Assembly (NCBI GenBank): GCA_963666735.1
Contig: OY762926.1
Coordinates: 2,272,001 to 2,336,000 of the forward strand
Length of the DNA stretch: 64,000 bases
Origin: Gemmatimonadota bacterium
GTDB taxonomy: Bacteria > Gemmatimonadota > Gemmatimonadetes > Palauibacterales > Palauibacteraceae
Direction: 5' to 3'
Part shown: in pieces, positions 17,894 to 26,939 of the stretch
Position numbering within the stretch: position 1 is the first letter of the stretch
How the letters are laid out: every line of letters begins with the position of its first letter
Position numbers and translations under genes: made by a program
Notes under the pieces: generated by a model
Database searches by the model: none
Told to the model about the DNA's origin: nothing
The model's input: only the letters and a program-made list of their open reading frames with translations

Positions 17894-19180
17894 TCAGCGC
17901 GACCCGGACGAGGCCGCGGCCGCGTCGTCGATCGCGCCGATGACGAGGTCGAGGAGTCCGTCGATCGCGCCGCCGGGGATCCAGCGGGCCACCACGACGA
18001 GGTCGTTCACCGGGTCGCAGTAGATCATGTTCGTGCCGTTGCCGAGGTGCGCCCACGCCTCGTCCGGCGCGCTCGGATAGCGCTTGTCCCCCTCTTCTTC
18101 CGCGACGTTGAGCATGAAGTTCATGAACCCGTAGGAGCCGTTGGCCGGGCCGGGCGTCGTCGCAAGGTCAAACCACTCCTCGGACAGGAGTTGCCGGTCT
18201 CCCCACTCGCCGCGCCGCAGGGTGAAGAGCCCGAAGCGCGCCTGGTCGCGGGCGCTGATGAACATGCCGCCGCCCCAGTGGCCGCCGCCGCTCACCGACT
18301 GCACGCGACGTCCATCGATCGTGACCCACGAGTTCTCGTAGCCGTTCCAGCGCCAGGTCGGAGAGGCCCCGATCGGCCCCATCACGCGTTCGTGAAGAAC
18401 CTCGGGCAGCGGACGCCTGAGGACGCTCATCGCGGCGAGCGCGAGGACGTTCACCCGCGTGTCGTTGTACTCGTAGACGGTGCCGGAAGGGTGGCGAGCG
18501 CGCGTCAGCCAGGTGGAGGGGTCGCCGCTCGGACGGTCGGCCCAGTCCGGCTTGCCCCACAGCGTGCCCTCCCAGTCGGAGGTCTGCCGCAGGAGGTCGT
18601 CCCACGTGATGGTGCGGTTGTGCTCGGACTCGAACAGGGTCGTCGGATCGGGCTTCCCGAAGCCAATGCGGTCCACGCCGGGCTCCCCGTCGCCCGGGGG
18701 CACGTCGATCGGGGCCATGTACTCGCGCGCGGTATCATCGAGCGAGCCGATGAGTCCGTCGTCCCAGGCGAGTCCCACCGACGTCGAGAGGAAGGATTTG
18801 GTCACGCTGTACGTCATGTCGACGCGTTTCGTGTCCCCCCACTCCGCGACGATGTAGCCGTGGCGCACGATCATCCCGGCCGGCCCGCCCCGCACGCTGA
18901 AGGGGCCGATCCCCTCTCCGAGCGGTTCGCGCCCGAAACTCCGGCTGTGCTCGAACTCCCGGTCGCGCGCCTGGCTCGTCTCATGATCGAGCGCGTATTC
19001 GACGGCCGCCTGGACGCCTGTCGCGCTCATCCCCACCTGCTCCGGAGTGCGCGTCTCCCACGCGTTTCCGCGCGCCGGCACGTACTGCGCGGCCATCGCC
19101 GCCGGCATCGGCATCGTCGCGAAAACCGCAAGAACTCCCGTCCGCAGCGCACCGGCATGTGCGCGAACCATGTTCCGCAT
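17894..19180 (-). CDS. Secreted serine hydrolase (beta-lactamase class C-like)
   Basis: SVTK (SxxK), LLRQTS, YEYND, GGGMFISARDQARFG; start MRNMVR follows a GGAGG RBS. Confidence 0.88.
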   Translation of the reverse strand: MRNMVRAHAGALRTGVLAVFATMPMPAAMAAQYVPARGNAWETRTPEQVGMSATGVQAAVEYALDHETSQARDREFEHSRSFGREPLGEGIGPFSVRGGPAGMIVRHGYIVAEWGDTKRVDMTYSVTKSFLSTSVGLAWDDGLIGSLDDTAREYMAPIDVPPGDGEPGVDRIGFGKPDPTTLFESEHNRTITWDDLLRQTSDWEGTLWGKPDWADRPSGDPSTWLTRARHPSGTVYEYNDTRVNVLALAAMSVLRRPLPEVLHERVMGPIGASPTWRWNGYENSWVTIDGRRVQSVSGGGHWGGGMFISARDQARFGLFTLRRGEWGDRQLLSEEWFDLATTPGPANGSYGFMNFMLNVAEEEGDKRYPSAPDEAWAHLGNGTNMIYCDPVNDLVVVARWIPGGAIDGLLDLVIGAIDDAAAASSGSR

Positions 19181-19376
19181 GAGAACCTCCCTACTGTCCC
19201 GAGGAGAAGCGTCGCAGACCACGAACCGCCAAGGCGACGCTCCGACCCACCATGTGAAGCATCGTAACGAACGAGACTGCGCGGGTACACCGGGTTTGGG
19301 ATGCCCGGGGCGCCGTTGACGGTGCGTTGCGTTCGTACCGTAAGACATAACGGAGACCAGTTTCCTCACAGCCGAG

Positions 19377-19490
19377 GTGAGCAGAACCATCGGGGTTGCA
19401 GCTTTCCGCAAGGCGTGCACACGACTCATCGCACAGGTGAGCGAGGACCGCGGGGCATGTGCGAACGGTAGACGCCCGAAGCTAGTCGAC
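19377..19490 (+). pseudogene. Phd/YefM-type antitoxin remnant
   Basis: MSRTIGVAAFRKACTRLIAQVSE resembles the Phd N-terminus (..EFKAKCL.L.D.V); degenerates afterwards. Confidence 0.45.
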
Positions 19491-19536
19491 GGCGACGGCG
19501 TGCCCGGCCCGATCCCCGCCAACGCCGTCCGGACTG

Positions 19537-20124
19537 CTACGAGGAGCGCGACCTGCCGATCCAGCGCCGTACCCAGCGAATGGCCACGCTCGAGCCTACC
19601 GCCAGCACGCTCGCCAGCAGGTCGAACCCGATGTCGAACCAGTCGAACGTGCGGCTGGGCAGGAAGAACTGGATGCACTCGTCCACCACGCCGACCAGCG
19701 TCGTCCCCGCGATGGCCAGCACGGCGGGGACGGGGACGCGCCTCCCCTGGCTTTTCCGCTCGACAAGGGCTTCATGCACGATGAGCGCCAGGACGGCGTA
19801 CTCGATCAGGTGAGAACGCTCGGCCGCGCTGATCCCGCGGGCGAACCCGAGGACGGCGATGGCCGCGACTCCCAGCCCGAAGCCGACTTCGACGCCGCGC
19901 GAACGTCCCCTCAGCCCCTGCACCAGGATCATCGCCCCGATCAGGAGCATGCCGCCGCTGAACATCGAGGCGGTGTACTCGAGCAGCCCGCTCTCGCGCA
20001 GCGCATCGGCCAGCGTCCGGGCCAGATCGGCCGTCGCGTAGATCGCCACGACCACGGCCAGCGCCCAGATCCACAGGCGCCGTTCCCGGCCGGAGGAGAG
20101 AATCTGTCGCTCGTCGCCGCTCAT
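19537..20124 (-). CDS. VanZ-like membrane protein
   Basis: ERSHLIEY, DECIQFFLPSRTFDWFD. Confidence 0.8.
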   Translation of the reverse strand: MSGDERQILSSGRERRLWIWALAVVVAIYATADLARTLADALRESGLLEYTASMFSGGMLLIGAMILVQGLRGRSRGVEVGFGLGVAAIAVLGFARGISAAERSHLIEYAVLALIVHEALVERKSQGRRVPVPAVLAIAGTTLVGVVDECIQFFLPSRTFDWFDIGFDLLASVLAVGSSVAIRWVRRWIGRSRSS

Positions 20125-20153
20125 CGTGCGACGCGGGGCTTCATCAAGAGCTT

Positions 20154-20447
20154 CTACGCAACTTCACGCGGTCGGATGGCTCGCAGCGCGTCGGCGACAG
20201 CCCGCTCGGCGAGCGCGAGTTCGTAGCGATCCTGCAGGTTCATCCAACTCTGGGCGTCGGTACCGAAGTACCTGGCAAGCCGTAGTGCCGTCTCCGCCGT
20301 GATGCCGCGGCGACCGCGCACGATCTCGTTGATTCGCGCGGGAGTCACTCCCAGGGCTCTGGCAAGAGCGTTGGAGGACAGCGCAAACGGCTCCATGAAG
20401 TCGTGCTTCAAGACCTCGCCCGGGTGTACCGGCTCCAGTTCAATCAT
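20154..20447 (-). CDS. higA: HigA family antitoxin
   Basis: PVHPGEVL, INEIVRGRRGITAETALRLARYFGT..SWMNLQ. Confidence 0.93.
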   Translation of the reverse strand: MIELEPVHPGEVLKHDFMEPFALSSNALARALGVTPARINEIVRGRRGITAETALRLARYFGTDAQSWMNLQDRYELALAERAVADALRAIRPREVA

Positions 20448-20462
20448 TGGTGTATTTTCCGT

Positions 20463-20692
20463 TCAGCGGTGGTAGTCCACGATCTCCGCGTCGTACGCGT
20501 TGCCGCGCGCGAAGCGAAAGCGAAGTCGCCACTGATCATTGATGCGGATGCTGTAGATACCCTCGCCAGGGTCGCTGCCGCGTCCAGTTGCGCCAGCTTC
20601 CGTTGCGCGACCCGCTCAAAGGCCGCAAACCGGGGCACCCGACAGCCGGCCGCGAGCTGCTCGGTGTCTCGGCAACGAAAGCTCCGGATCAT
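20463..20692 (-). pseudogene. higB: HigB toxin with internal deletion and frameshift
   Basis: MIRSF...RKLAQLDAAATL joined out of frame to EGIYSIRINDQWRLRFRF...EIVDYHR*; the PPGNRLE segment is missing. Confidence 0.88.
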
Positions 20693-20702
20693 GAGTCAAG
20701 CT

Positions 20703-20719
20703 ATATCGTATATCGATAT
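20703..20719. promoter_or_regulatory. Inverted repeat ATATCG-N5-CGATAT, likely higBA operator
   Basis: About 10 bp upstream of the higB ATG. Confidence 0.5.
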
Positions 20720-20855
20720 GCGCGCAACCCCGCGGCGATACCAACCCTCGCCGGCGGAACCCGTGAATCATCGATCGATGGGCTGTATGATTGCTGACAC
20801 CTCGGTTGCTGGAGGGTTTTCGGTTGAGGGTTGAAGGACGAAAGAGGGCGAAGCT

Positions 20856-21944
20856 ATGAAGATAGCCACGATTCGAGCAGCGGTCGTGCTGGCCGTGGTC
20901 GCCGGAGTATCGGTCTCCGTCGCACGGGCGCAGGATGGCGGCACCGTGCCGCGCACGCCGGACGGGCGGCCGGACCTGCAGGGGAACTGGACGAACGGGA
21001 CGATCACGCCCATCGAGCGCCCCCAGGGGTTCGAGGCCGTGCTCACGCCCGAGCAGGTCGCGCAGATCGAGGGCGGACGGCAGGAGTGCATCGAGGCCCA
21101 CTCCGGGTCCAGCGATCCCGATCGTGACGCGCCGACGGAGGGCGGCACGACGATCGGCTGCGACTTCATCCTGGAGGCGGCGGCCGGCGGCACGGGCGGG
21201 TACAACCTCTTCTACCTGGACCGGGGCGATCAGGTCGCGGTCGTGAACGGCGAGCCGCGCAGCTCCCTCCTCACCGTGCCGGCAGACGGGCGCATCCCCG
21301 GACGCACCGCCGAGGCGCAGCAGCGGCTGGGCCAGCTCATGGCCACCCGCGGCCGGCACGGCGAGTACGACAACCCCGAGAACCGACCGCTCTCCGAGCG
21401 CTGCATCGTTTCCTTCGGGTCCAACGCCGGACCGCCGATGCTCCCCAACTACTTCTACAATAACAACTACACCATCGTGCAGACGCCGTCCCACGTCGTG
21501 ATCATGACGGAGATGGTGCACGACACCCGCATCATTCCTGTCGGTGTTTCTGCCGGGTCCGGGGAGGCGGACCAGAGCGGCGCCCCGCCGTCGTTCCCCG
21601 AGGCGATCCGCCCCTGGTTCGGGGATTCCCGCGGCTGGTGGGAGGACGACACCCTCGTCATCGAGACGACGAAGCTCAATCCGGAGCAGCTCACGGCCTA
21701 CCGCGAGTTCTTCGGCGCGACCCCGAACATGAAGATCACGGAACGGCTCACGCGCGTGGACGCGAACACGATCAACTACGAGTTCCTGATCGACGACCCC
21801 GACACGTGGGAGAGTCCGTGGGGCGGCGAGGTCCCGTTCGTGAGGATGGAGGACCTCCTCTACGAGTACGCCTGCCACGAGGCGAACTACGCGCTGGAGA
21901 ACGTGCTGCGCGGGGCGCGGGCGCAGGAGCGCGAGAACCGGTAG
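20856..21944 (+). CDS. Secreted hypothetical protein (PRTPDGRPDLQG...EYACHE family)
   Basis: Signal peptide; ERC, GDSRGWWEDDTLVIET, YEYACHEANY. Confidence 0.8.
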   Translation: MKIATIRAAVVLAVVAGVSVSVARAQDGGTVPRTPDGRPDLQGNWTNGTITPIERPQGFEAVLTPEQVAQIEGGRQECIEAHSGSSDPDRDAPTEGGTTIGCDFILEAAAGGTGGYNLFYLDRGDQVAVVNGEPRSSLLTVPADGRIPGRTAEAQQRLGQLMATRGRHGEYDNPENRPLSERCIVSFGSNAGPPMLPNYFYNNNYTIVQTPSHVVIMTEMVHDTRIIPVGVSAGSGEADQSGAPPSFPEAIRPWFGDSRGWWEDDTLVIETTKLNPEQLTAYREFFGATPNMKITERLTRVDANTINYEFLIDDPDTWESPWGGEVPFVRMEDLLYEYACHEANYALENVLRGARAQERENR

Positions 21945-22004
21945 GGCACAAGCCGACCCCCGGAAAGCGGGGCGAGGCGGCGGGAGGAACGCGGCGGGAG
22001 GAAA

Positions 22005-22077
<73 letters not shown>

Positions 22078-22088
22078 GTGCGGTCTCA

Positions 22089-22161
22089 TGGAGCCGAGGG
22101 GATTCGAACCCCTGACCTCTGCAATGCCATTGCAGCGCTCTCCCAGCTGAGCTACGGCCCC
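22089..22161 (-). tRNA. tRNA-Ala(GGC)
   Basis: GGGGCCG acceptor with G3:U70; CTGCA-AT-GGC-AT-TGCAG. Confidence 0.97.
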
Positions 22162-22226
22162 GTGCTTCAACTTCTCTTGCGAGCGGACGGGCTGTCGCCG
22201 CTCCCGTCCGCCAGGTTTTCCGTCCA

Positions 22227-22298
22227 TACCCCCAAGGGGAATCGAACCCCTATCTCCACCTTGAAAGAGTGGTGTCCTAGCCGTTGGACGATGGGGGC
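22227..22298 (-). tRNA. tRNA-Glu(TTC)
   Basis: CCACT-CT-TTC-AA-GGTGG. Confidence 0.96.
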
Positions 22299-22326
22299 TC
22301 GTGCCGCTGTCGTCCCCTGCTTGCCA

Positions 22327-22401
22327 CGCGCCCGCCAGGACTCGAACCTGGGACCCCCGGCTTAGAAGGCCGGTGCTCTGATCCAACTGAGCTACGGGCG
22401 C
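22327..22401 (-). tRNA. tRNA-Arg(TCT)
   Basis: CCGGC-CT-TCT-AA-GCCGG. Confidence 0.97.
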
Positions 22402-22408
22402 CCGTAAG

Positions 22409-22480
22409 AGCTCGCGGCGGGATTTGAACCCGCGACCTCATCCTTACCAAGGACGCGCTCTACCCCTGAGCTACGCGAGC
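22409..22480 (-). tRNA. tRNA-Thr(GGT)
   Basis: GTCC-TT-GGT-AA-GGAT. Confidence 0.96.
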
Positions 22481-22482
22481 GA

Positions 22483-22555
22483 CAGGGGCGGAGGGACTCG
22501 AACCCCCAACCGCCGGTTTTGGAGACCGGTGCTCTACCAATTGAGCTACGCCCCT
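22483..22555 (-). tRNA. tRNA-Trp(CCA)
   Basis: CCGGT-CT-CCA-AA-ACCGG. Confidence 0.97.
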
Positions 22556-22597
22556 CTGCCGCTTCCCGCGAACCGGCCGATGGCGGCCCGTGGCAAA

Positions 22598-22670
22598 TGG
22601 CTGGGGGCGGAGTCGAACCGCCGACACCGGCGTTTTCAGCGCCGTGCTCTACCGCCTGAGCTACCCAGCC
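22598..22670 (-). tRNA. tRNA-Phe(GAA)
   Basis: CGGCG-CT-GAA-AA-CGCCG. Confidence 0.97.
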
Positions 22671-22682
22671 CTTTCAGCCCTA

Positions 22683-22755
22683 CTCCGGGGGTGGGATTCG
22701 AACCCACGACCTAGTGGTTAACAGCCACCCGCTCTGGCCACTGAGCTACCCCGGA
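22683..22755 (-). tRNA. tRNA-Asn(GTT)
   Basis: GTGG-CT-GTT-AA-CCAC. Confidence 0.97.
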
Positions 22756-22830
22756 CCGTACCCCTCTCTCGCGAAAGAGATCGGAGAACAAAACGCCTCG
22801 CCGCGCAACTTGGCGAGGCGAGGCGAGGGA

Positions 22831-22904
<74 letters not shown>

Positions 22905-22990
22905 ACGCGGCTCGGAGGATACAAGAGCGAGGGGCAGGTGTCAACCACGAAACGGCCGCCGCCCAGCTTGGCCGGGCGCGGTCACGGAGG

Positions 22991-24769
22991 CTATGCCGTG
23001 GCCGATCCTCCGCCCCAGCCCCGCGGGTCCGGTCCCCCCGTCAGTCGGCCGGTATCCGGGTCGATTCCGACCGCGTGGAGTTGTGCGACGAACGCGTCGT
23101 TCGCGACGTCCAGGCCGCGCCCCTCGAGTTCGTCCCTGAGGTGATGGTACAACTGCGGCTCCATCTCCAGAAGGTGATCCTCCCAGTGCCAGCGCGGGAC
23201 GGACACGGCTTCGAGGGCCGACATGCCGAAGTCGACCGTATTGCTGATCGTGTGCTGGACGGCGCCCAGGATCCGGGTGCCGCCGGCCGCGCCCGTGACC
23301 AGAATCGGGTGTCCGTCGCGGAGCACGATCGCGGGCGAGATCCCCGTGATGCGCGCCTTGCCGGGCGCGATGCTGTTCGGCCGTCCGGCGACCGGGTTGA
23401 ACTGGAACATGCAGTTGTTCCAGGTGAAGCCGAGACCGTCGGTGACGACCCCCGAAGCCGACCCGAGCGTGTGCGTGAGCGCCACGCAGTTCCCTTCCCG
23501 GTCCGCCGTCGAGAGGTGCGTCGTATCCGGGCCCTCCGGCGGCTCCTCCGCGACGTCCGGCGGGAGTTCGCGGCGGTCGATGAAACCTCTCAGTTCGGCG
23601 GCGCGATCCTTCGACACGAGGATGTCCGTCGGGTCGTCGATGAACTTCGGGTCGCCGTGGTATCGGCGCCGGTCGATGAAGGACAGGATCTGGGCGCGGC
23701 CGAGAAGTTCCACATGGTCCGCCTCGCCGTGCTCGAGGTCCGGAACATCGTAGCCCTCGAGGATGTTCAGGATCTCGATGACCTGCGCGCCGCTCCCCGG
23801 CAGGGCGTTCGAGAACACCTCGTGTCCGCGGTAGGCGCCGTGCACCGGATCGTAGACATCGGGCGTGTACGCCTCGAGGTCGGCCATCGTGATGAGCCCG
23901 TCGTTGCGTTCGAAATCCGCCGCGATGCGTTCGGCGATCTCGCCCCGGTAGACGACGTCGGCGCCGCCCGCGGCGATGAGTTCGAGCGTGCGGCCGTAAT
24001 CGGGCTGCACGAGCCGTTCCCCGGCCCGCCACGGGACACCGTTGTTGAGGAAGATGCGCGCGGAGGCGTCGGTCGTCCGGACCTTGGTGAAGAACGGGAC
24101 GACGCCCGAGGACGACTCGGTCCGGGTCGTGAAGCCGCGCGCCAAAGCACCGGGGATCTCGAACCCGTCGTACGCGAGCCGGATCGCCGGCTCGACGAGT
24201 TCGGCCCACGGCCGCGTCCCGAAACGGGTCCACGCCTCCCACAGGCCGGCGATGGTACCGGGCGTGACGACGGCCTTGTAGCCGATCTGGTTGATGTCGC
24301 CGCGCACCTTCCAGCGGTCCGCGTGGCCGTAGATCCGCCCTTCGAGCGCGCTCCGGTAGATGTCGGGGGTGGCCCTGCTCCCCGCCCGCCCGTGGAAATC
24401 GATGGACATGGCGCGTCCGGTGCTCGCGTCGTACACGACCATGCAGCCGAAGCCGCCGACCCCCGCCGAGAACGGGGTCGTGATGAACTGCGCGAAGGCC
24501 GTTGCGATGGCCGCGTCGATCGCGTTGCCCCCGCGCCTGAGAGTCTCGACCCCGGCCTCCACGGCGATCGGCCCGCGCGCGACGACGATCCCGCCGCCCG
24601 CGTCCGTGTCCCCCGCATCCGAAGCGCCCGCAGCCGTCTCCTCGCCGCCCGGACGGCACGCGCCGAGCGAGCCCGAGGCGACGGCCCCCACCCCGGCCGC
24701 CGCCGTCGCGATGAAAGCCCTTCGTGACTGAACATCCGCGGGTCGGAGGTCGGTTCCGTCGGTCGTCAC
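22991..24769 (-). CDS. ggt: Gamma-glutamyltransferase family protein, Tat-exported
   Basis: SRRAFI signal; GGNAIDAA, GVGGFG, nucleophile DTTHLS, PNSIAPGK, GAAGG. Confidence 0.9.
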   Translation of the reverse strand: MTTDGTDLRPADVQSRRAFIATAAAGVGAVASGSLGACRPGGEETAAGASDAGDTDAGGGIVVARGPIAVEAGVETLRRGGNAIDAAIATAFAQFITTPFSAGVGGFGCMVVYDASTGRAMSIDFHGRAGSRATPDIYRSALEGRIYGHADRWKVRGDINQIGYKAVVTPGTIAGLWEAWTRFGTRPWAELVEPAIRLAYDGFEIPGALARGFTTRTESSSGVVPFFTKVRTTDASARIFLNNGVPWRAGERLVQPDYGRTLELIAAGGADVVYRGEIAERIAADFERNDGLITMADLEAYTPDVYDPVHGAYRGHEVFSNALPGSGAQVIEILNILEGYDVPDLEHGEADHVELLGRAQILSFIDRRRYHGDPKFIDDPTDILVSKDRAAELRGFIDRRELPPDVAEEPPEGPDTTHLSTADREGNCVALTHTLGSASGVVTDGLGFTWNNCMFQFNPVAGRPNSIAPGKARITGISPAIVLRDGHPILVTGAAGGTRILGAVQHTISNTVDFGMSALEAVSVPRWHWEDHLLEMEPQLYHHLRDELEGRGLDVANDAFVAQLHAVGIDPDTGRLTGGPDPRGWGGGSATA

Positions 24770-24873
24770 GTCACGGCTCCTTGTTGGTGGTGCCAGGTGG
24801 CGGCGTTTCGCCGCGGGCTGTTAAGGTTCGCCCCTCAGCCTGGCGCACGACGCGCGGCATGCGGCCAAACCCG

Positions 24874-25485
24874 ATGACGGCCAGATCTCGATTGAAGATA
24901 TACACGAAAGGCGGGGACGGAGGGGAGACCACGCTCCTCGGCGGCGCGCGTGCTCCGAAGGGCGATGCGCGAGTCGCCGCCTACGGTACGGTCGATGAAC
25001 TCAACGCGGTGATCGGGACGGCGCTCGCCCTCGACCCGGAGGGCGCGACGCTCGGCGAATCCGGGCCGGCGCTCGGGGCGGTCCAGGAGGATCTGTTCAC
25101 AATCGGCGCCCGCCTCGCCGCCTCCAATCCCGGCCGGTTGTTGCGGAAGGGCACGATTCCTGCCCTCTCCTCCGACCGGATCGAAGCGCTTGAGACGTGG
25201 ATCGACGCGCTGGACGCCGAACTTCCCGCGCTCGATGCCTTCGTTCTGCCCGGCGGGTCGCCCCTCGCCGCGCAGTTGCACGTCGCGCGCACCGTGTGTC
25301 GGCGGGCGGAACGGGGCGTCACCGCTCTCCTCGAGGAGCAGCCGGACCTCGCCGACGTCGTCGTCCCCTACATCAACCGTCTCTCCGACCTGCTGTTCAC
25401 CCTCGCCCGGGCCGCGAACCGGCGGGCGGGCCGCGAGGACTCGATGTGGCTGCCCCGGCGGAAGCGGGACGACGGCGGGCGATGA
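24874..25485 (+). CDS. pduO: ATP:cob(I)alamin adenosyltransferase (PduO type)
   Basis: KIYTKGGD.GET, YGTVDELN, FVLPGG, RTVCRRAER, NRLSDLLF. Confidence 0.93.
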   Translation: MTARSRLKIYTKGGDGGETTLLGGARAPKGDARVAAYGTVDELNAVIGTALALDPEGATLGESGPALGAVQEDLFTIGARLAASNPGRLLRKGTIPALSSDRIEALETWIDALDAELPALDAFVLPGGSPLAAQLHVARTVCRRAERGVTALLEEQPDLADVVVPYINRLSDLLFTLARAANRRAGREDSMWLPRRKRDDGGR

Positions 25486-25511
25486 AGACACATGAAGGCA
25501 CATGAAGGCAC
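25482..25511 (+). repeat. Three tandem 10-bp units ATGAAGRCAC
   Basis: atgaagacac-atgaaggcac-atgaaggcac across the pduO stop and the hydrolase start. Confidence 0.85.
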
Positions 25512-26376
25512 AATGCGGACCGTGACGCGCACCCCGTTTCGACTCAGGCCACCGGGCGCGGACCTCCGCGGCGACTACCGGTCGAGCACCGCTCGGGTCG
25601 AGGGGGAGGGCGCTTCTCCCGCCGGCGACGCGGCGCTCGTCGTCTGCCACGGCTTCAAGGGCTTCAAGGACTGGGGCTTCTTCCCGTATCTCTGCGAACA
25701 ACTCGCGGAGAGGACCGGGACCTCCGTTGTCTCCTTCAACTTCGATGGCTCCGGCGTGCGCGACTCGGATTTCGACGACCTGGAGGCCTTCAGCCACAAC
25801 ACCTTCTCCCGCGAACTGTGGGACCTCGAGGCCATCCTCGATGGACTCGCGGCGGGCCGGCTCGGAGACATCGAGGTCGCCCCGGCCACGCGCTTCGGCC
25901 TCCTCGGACACAGCCGGGGCGGCGCCACCTGCATCCTCAAGGCCGGCCTCCGGTCACAGGTCCGGGGGCTCGTCACTTGGGCTTCGATCTCCTCCGTCAC
26001 GCGCTACGAGAGCTTCGCGGACCGGTGGGATGCCGGGGAAACCGTGATCATCCCGAATGCGCGCACGAAGCAGGACATGCCGCTCGAGCGAAACGTGCTC
26101 GACGACATGCGCGCGAACCGGGAGCGCCTCGACGTGCTCGGCAGCGCCGCGTGCCTGCGGATTCCGGTCACGGTGGTGCACGGGACGGCCGACGAGTCCG
26201 TGCCCTTCAGCGACGCCTGGCGGATCGCCGACGCGGTGGGAGACCTCGCGCGGCTTGTCGGGGTAGAAGGTGGCACGCACACGTTCCAGGCCGGACACCC
26301 GTTCGCGGGGACGACACCGGAACTCGAAGAAGCGATCGACGCCTCGGTCGAACTGTTCACGCGCGCGCTCGGTTGA
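25492..26376 (+). CDS. Alpha/beta hydrolase
   Basis: CHGFKGFKDWGFF, GHSRGG, HGTADESVP, HTF. Confidence 0.9.
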   Translation: MKAHEGTMRTVTRTPFRLRPPGADLRGDYRSSTARVEGEGASPAGDAALVVCHGFKGFKDWGFFPYLCEQLAERTGTSVVSFNFDGSGVRDSDFDDLEAFSHNTFSRELWDLEAILDGLAAGRLGDIEVAPATRFGLLGHSRGGATCILKAGLRSQVRGLVTWASISSVTRYESFADRWDAGETVIIPNARTKQDMPLERNVLDDMRANRERLDVLGSAACLRIPVTVVHGTADESVPFSDAWRIADAVGDLARLVGVEGGTHTFQAGHPFAGTTPELEEAIDASVELFTRALG

Positions 26377-26389
26377 GAGAGGCCAGGGG

Positions 26390-26932
26390 ATGGGACGAAT
26401 GATCTGGAACCGACCGATCGGAAGGCGGGGTTCGGGGCCCGTGGGGGCGGCGGTCGCCCTGGCCGCCGGACTCGTGACGGGAGGCTGCCAATTCGAGCGG
26501 CTGGACGGTAACGGCTCACCGCTGGCGGATGAGGGGCCCGATCTCGCCGAGCAGGTCGCCTCCCTGCTCGACCTGCAGGCGGCGGCGTGGAACGCGGGCG
26601 ACCTCGAGGGTTTCATGAGCGCCTACTCCCCATCTCCGACGACGACCTATATCGGATCGACGGGACTCATCGAAGGCTACGACGGGATTCGGGAGCGATA
26701 CGCCCCGGGATTCGCGGAGGGCGCGGCGCGGGACAGCCTCCGCTTCGAGGGCCTGCGGGTCCGGGAGGTGGATGAGCGGGTCGGCGTCGCGACGGCGCGC
26801 TACGTCCTCGAACGCGAGGGGACCGTCACATCGACGGGGCCGTTCACGCTTGTCCTGCTGAACGTGGAAGGAGCCTGGCTCATCGTCCACGATCAGTCGG
26901 CCGAAGGCGGTGCCGAAGACAGTGGGGGCTGA
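26390..26932 (+). CDS. NTF2-like (DUF4440/YybH) lipoprotein
   Basis: Lipobox VTGGC; AAWNAGDLEGFM.AY, GPFTLV, WLIVHDQS. Confidence 0.8.
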   Translation: MGRMIWNRPIGRRGSGPVGAAVALAAGLVTGGCQFERLDGNGSPLADEGPDLAEQVASLLDLQAAAWNAGDLEGFMSAYSPSPTTTYIGSTGLIEGYDGIRERYAPGFAEGAARDSLRFEGLRVREVDERVGVATARYVLEREGTVTSTGPFTLVLLNVEGAWLIVHDQSAEGGAEDSGG

Positions 26933-26939
26933 CCTGCGG

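Noticed and set aside
24790..24847. Possible three-way-junction RNA upstream of pduO (cobalamin riboswitch?)
   Set aside because: No B12-box or other riboswitch consensus seen; pairing is explicable by GC content
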